Below are positions 63,750-64,000 of a stretch of 64,000 bases of DNA, piece by piece. The stretch is from the NCBI RefSeq assembly GCF_009834535.1, contig NC_045697.1, positions 89,468,001 through 89,532,000 of the forward strand, in the 5' to 3' direction. A program made the translations under genes and the position numbers. Every line of letters starts with the position of its first letter. Positions within the stretch are counted from its first letter, which is position 1. The DNA is from Camelus ferus. Its lineage: Eukaryota. The notes below the pieces were generated by a model, which did no database searches, was not told the DNA's origin, and saw only the letters and a program-made list of their open reading frames with translations.

Positions 63750-64000
63750 TCACAGAACTAGAACAAATAATTTCAAAATTTGTAAGGGAACACAAAAGCC
63801 AAAACAATCTTGAGAAAGAAGGATGGAGCTAGAGGAATTGGGCTCCCTGACTTCAGACTATAGAGCTACAGAAACCAAGACAGTGTGGTACCGGCACAAA
63901 ACCAGGCACAGATCAATGGAACAGAACAGAGAGCCCAGAAATAAACCCACACACTTGGGGTAAGTTAATCTACAACTAAGGAGGCAAGAATATATGATGG
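63750..64000 (+). mobile_element. Cetartiodactyl-type L1 ORF2 segment, runs off the window
   Basis: TTCACAGAACTAGAACAAA...CTCCCTGACTTCAGACTATA...GATCAATGGAACAGAACAGAGAGCCCAGAAATAAACCCACACAC (FTELEQ...LPDFRL...DQWNRTESPEINPHT). Confidence 0.92.

Overview
AT-rich, CpG-depleted mammalian genomic DNA, intronic or intergenic, with no prokaryotic features, CRISPR array, rRNA or true tRNA. A tRNA-derived SINE at 6.5 kb resembles the camelid Vic-1 family and the younger L1 3' ends are cetartiodactyl-type, so the source is probably a camelid (inference). Roughly half or more of the window is decayed transposable elements: L1 fragments of several ages (often nested), L2, MIR, MaLR LTRs, a hAT MER45B-like element and Tigger-like fragments. 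No intact protein-coding gene can be supported; the ORF track is L1 ORF1/ORF2 remnants, their antisense shadows or chance ORFs. Repeat subfamily names come from recalled consensus sequences, not alignments, and boundaries of old elements are approximate. I found no convincing new biological system. The best leads are: (i) a TSD-bounded L1 made of 5'UTR + ORF1 + 3' end with almost no ORF2 (HAL1-like); (ii) two opposite-strand L1 pieces at 35 kb and 63.75 kb that break at nearly the same L1 coordinate (possible ~29 kb inversion); (iii) a unique, relatively CpG-rich island at 33.5-34.2 kb with splice signals and the longest ORF; (iv) micro-exon and recursive-splice-like motifs at 21 kb; (v) a near-perfect 24-bp hairpin at 11.5 kb.
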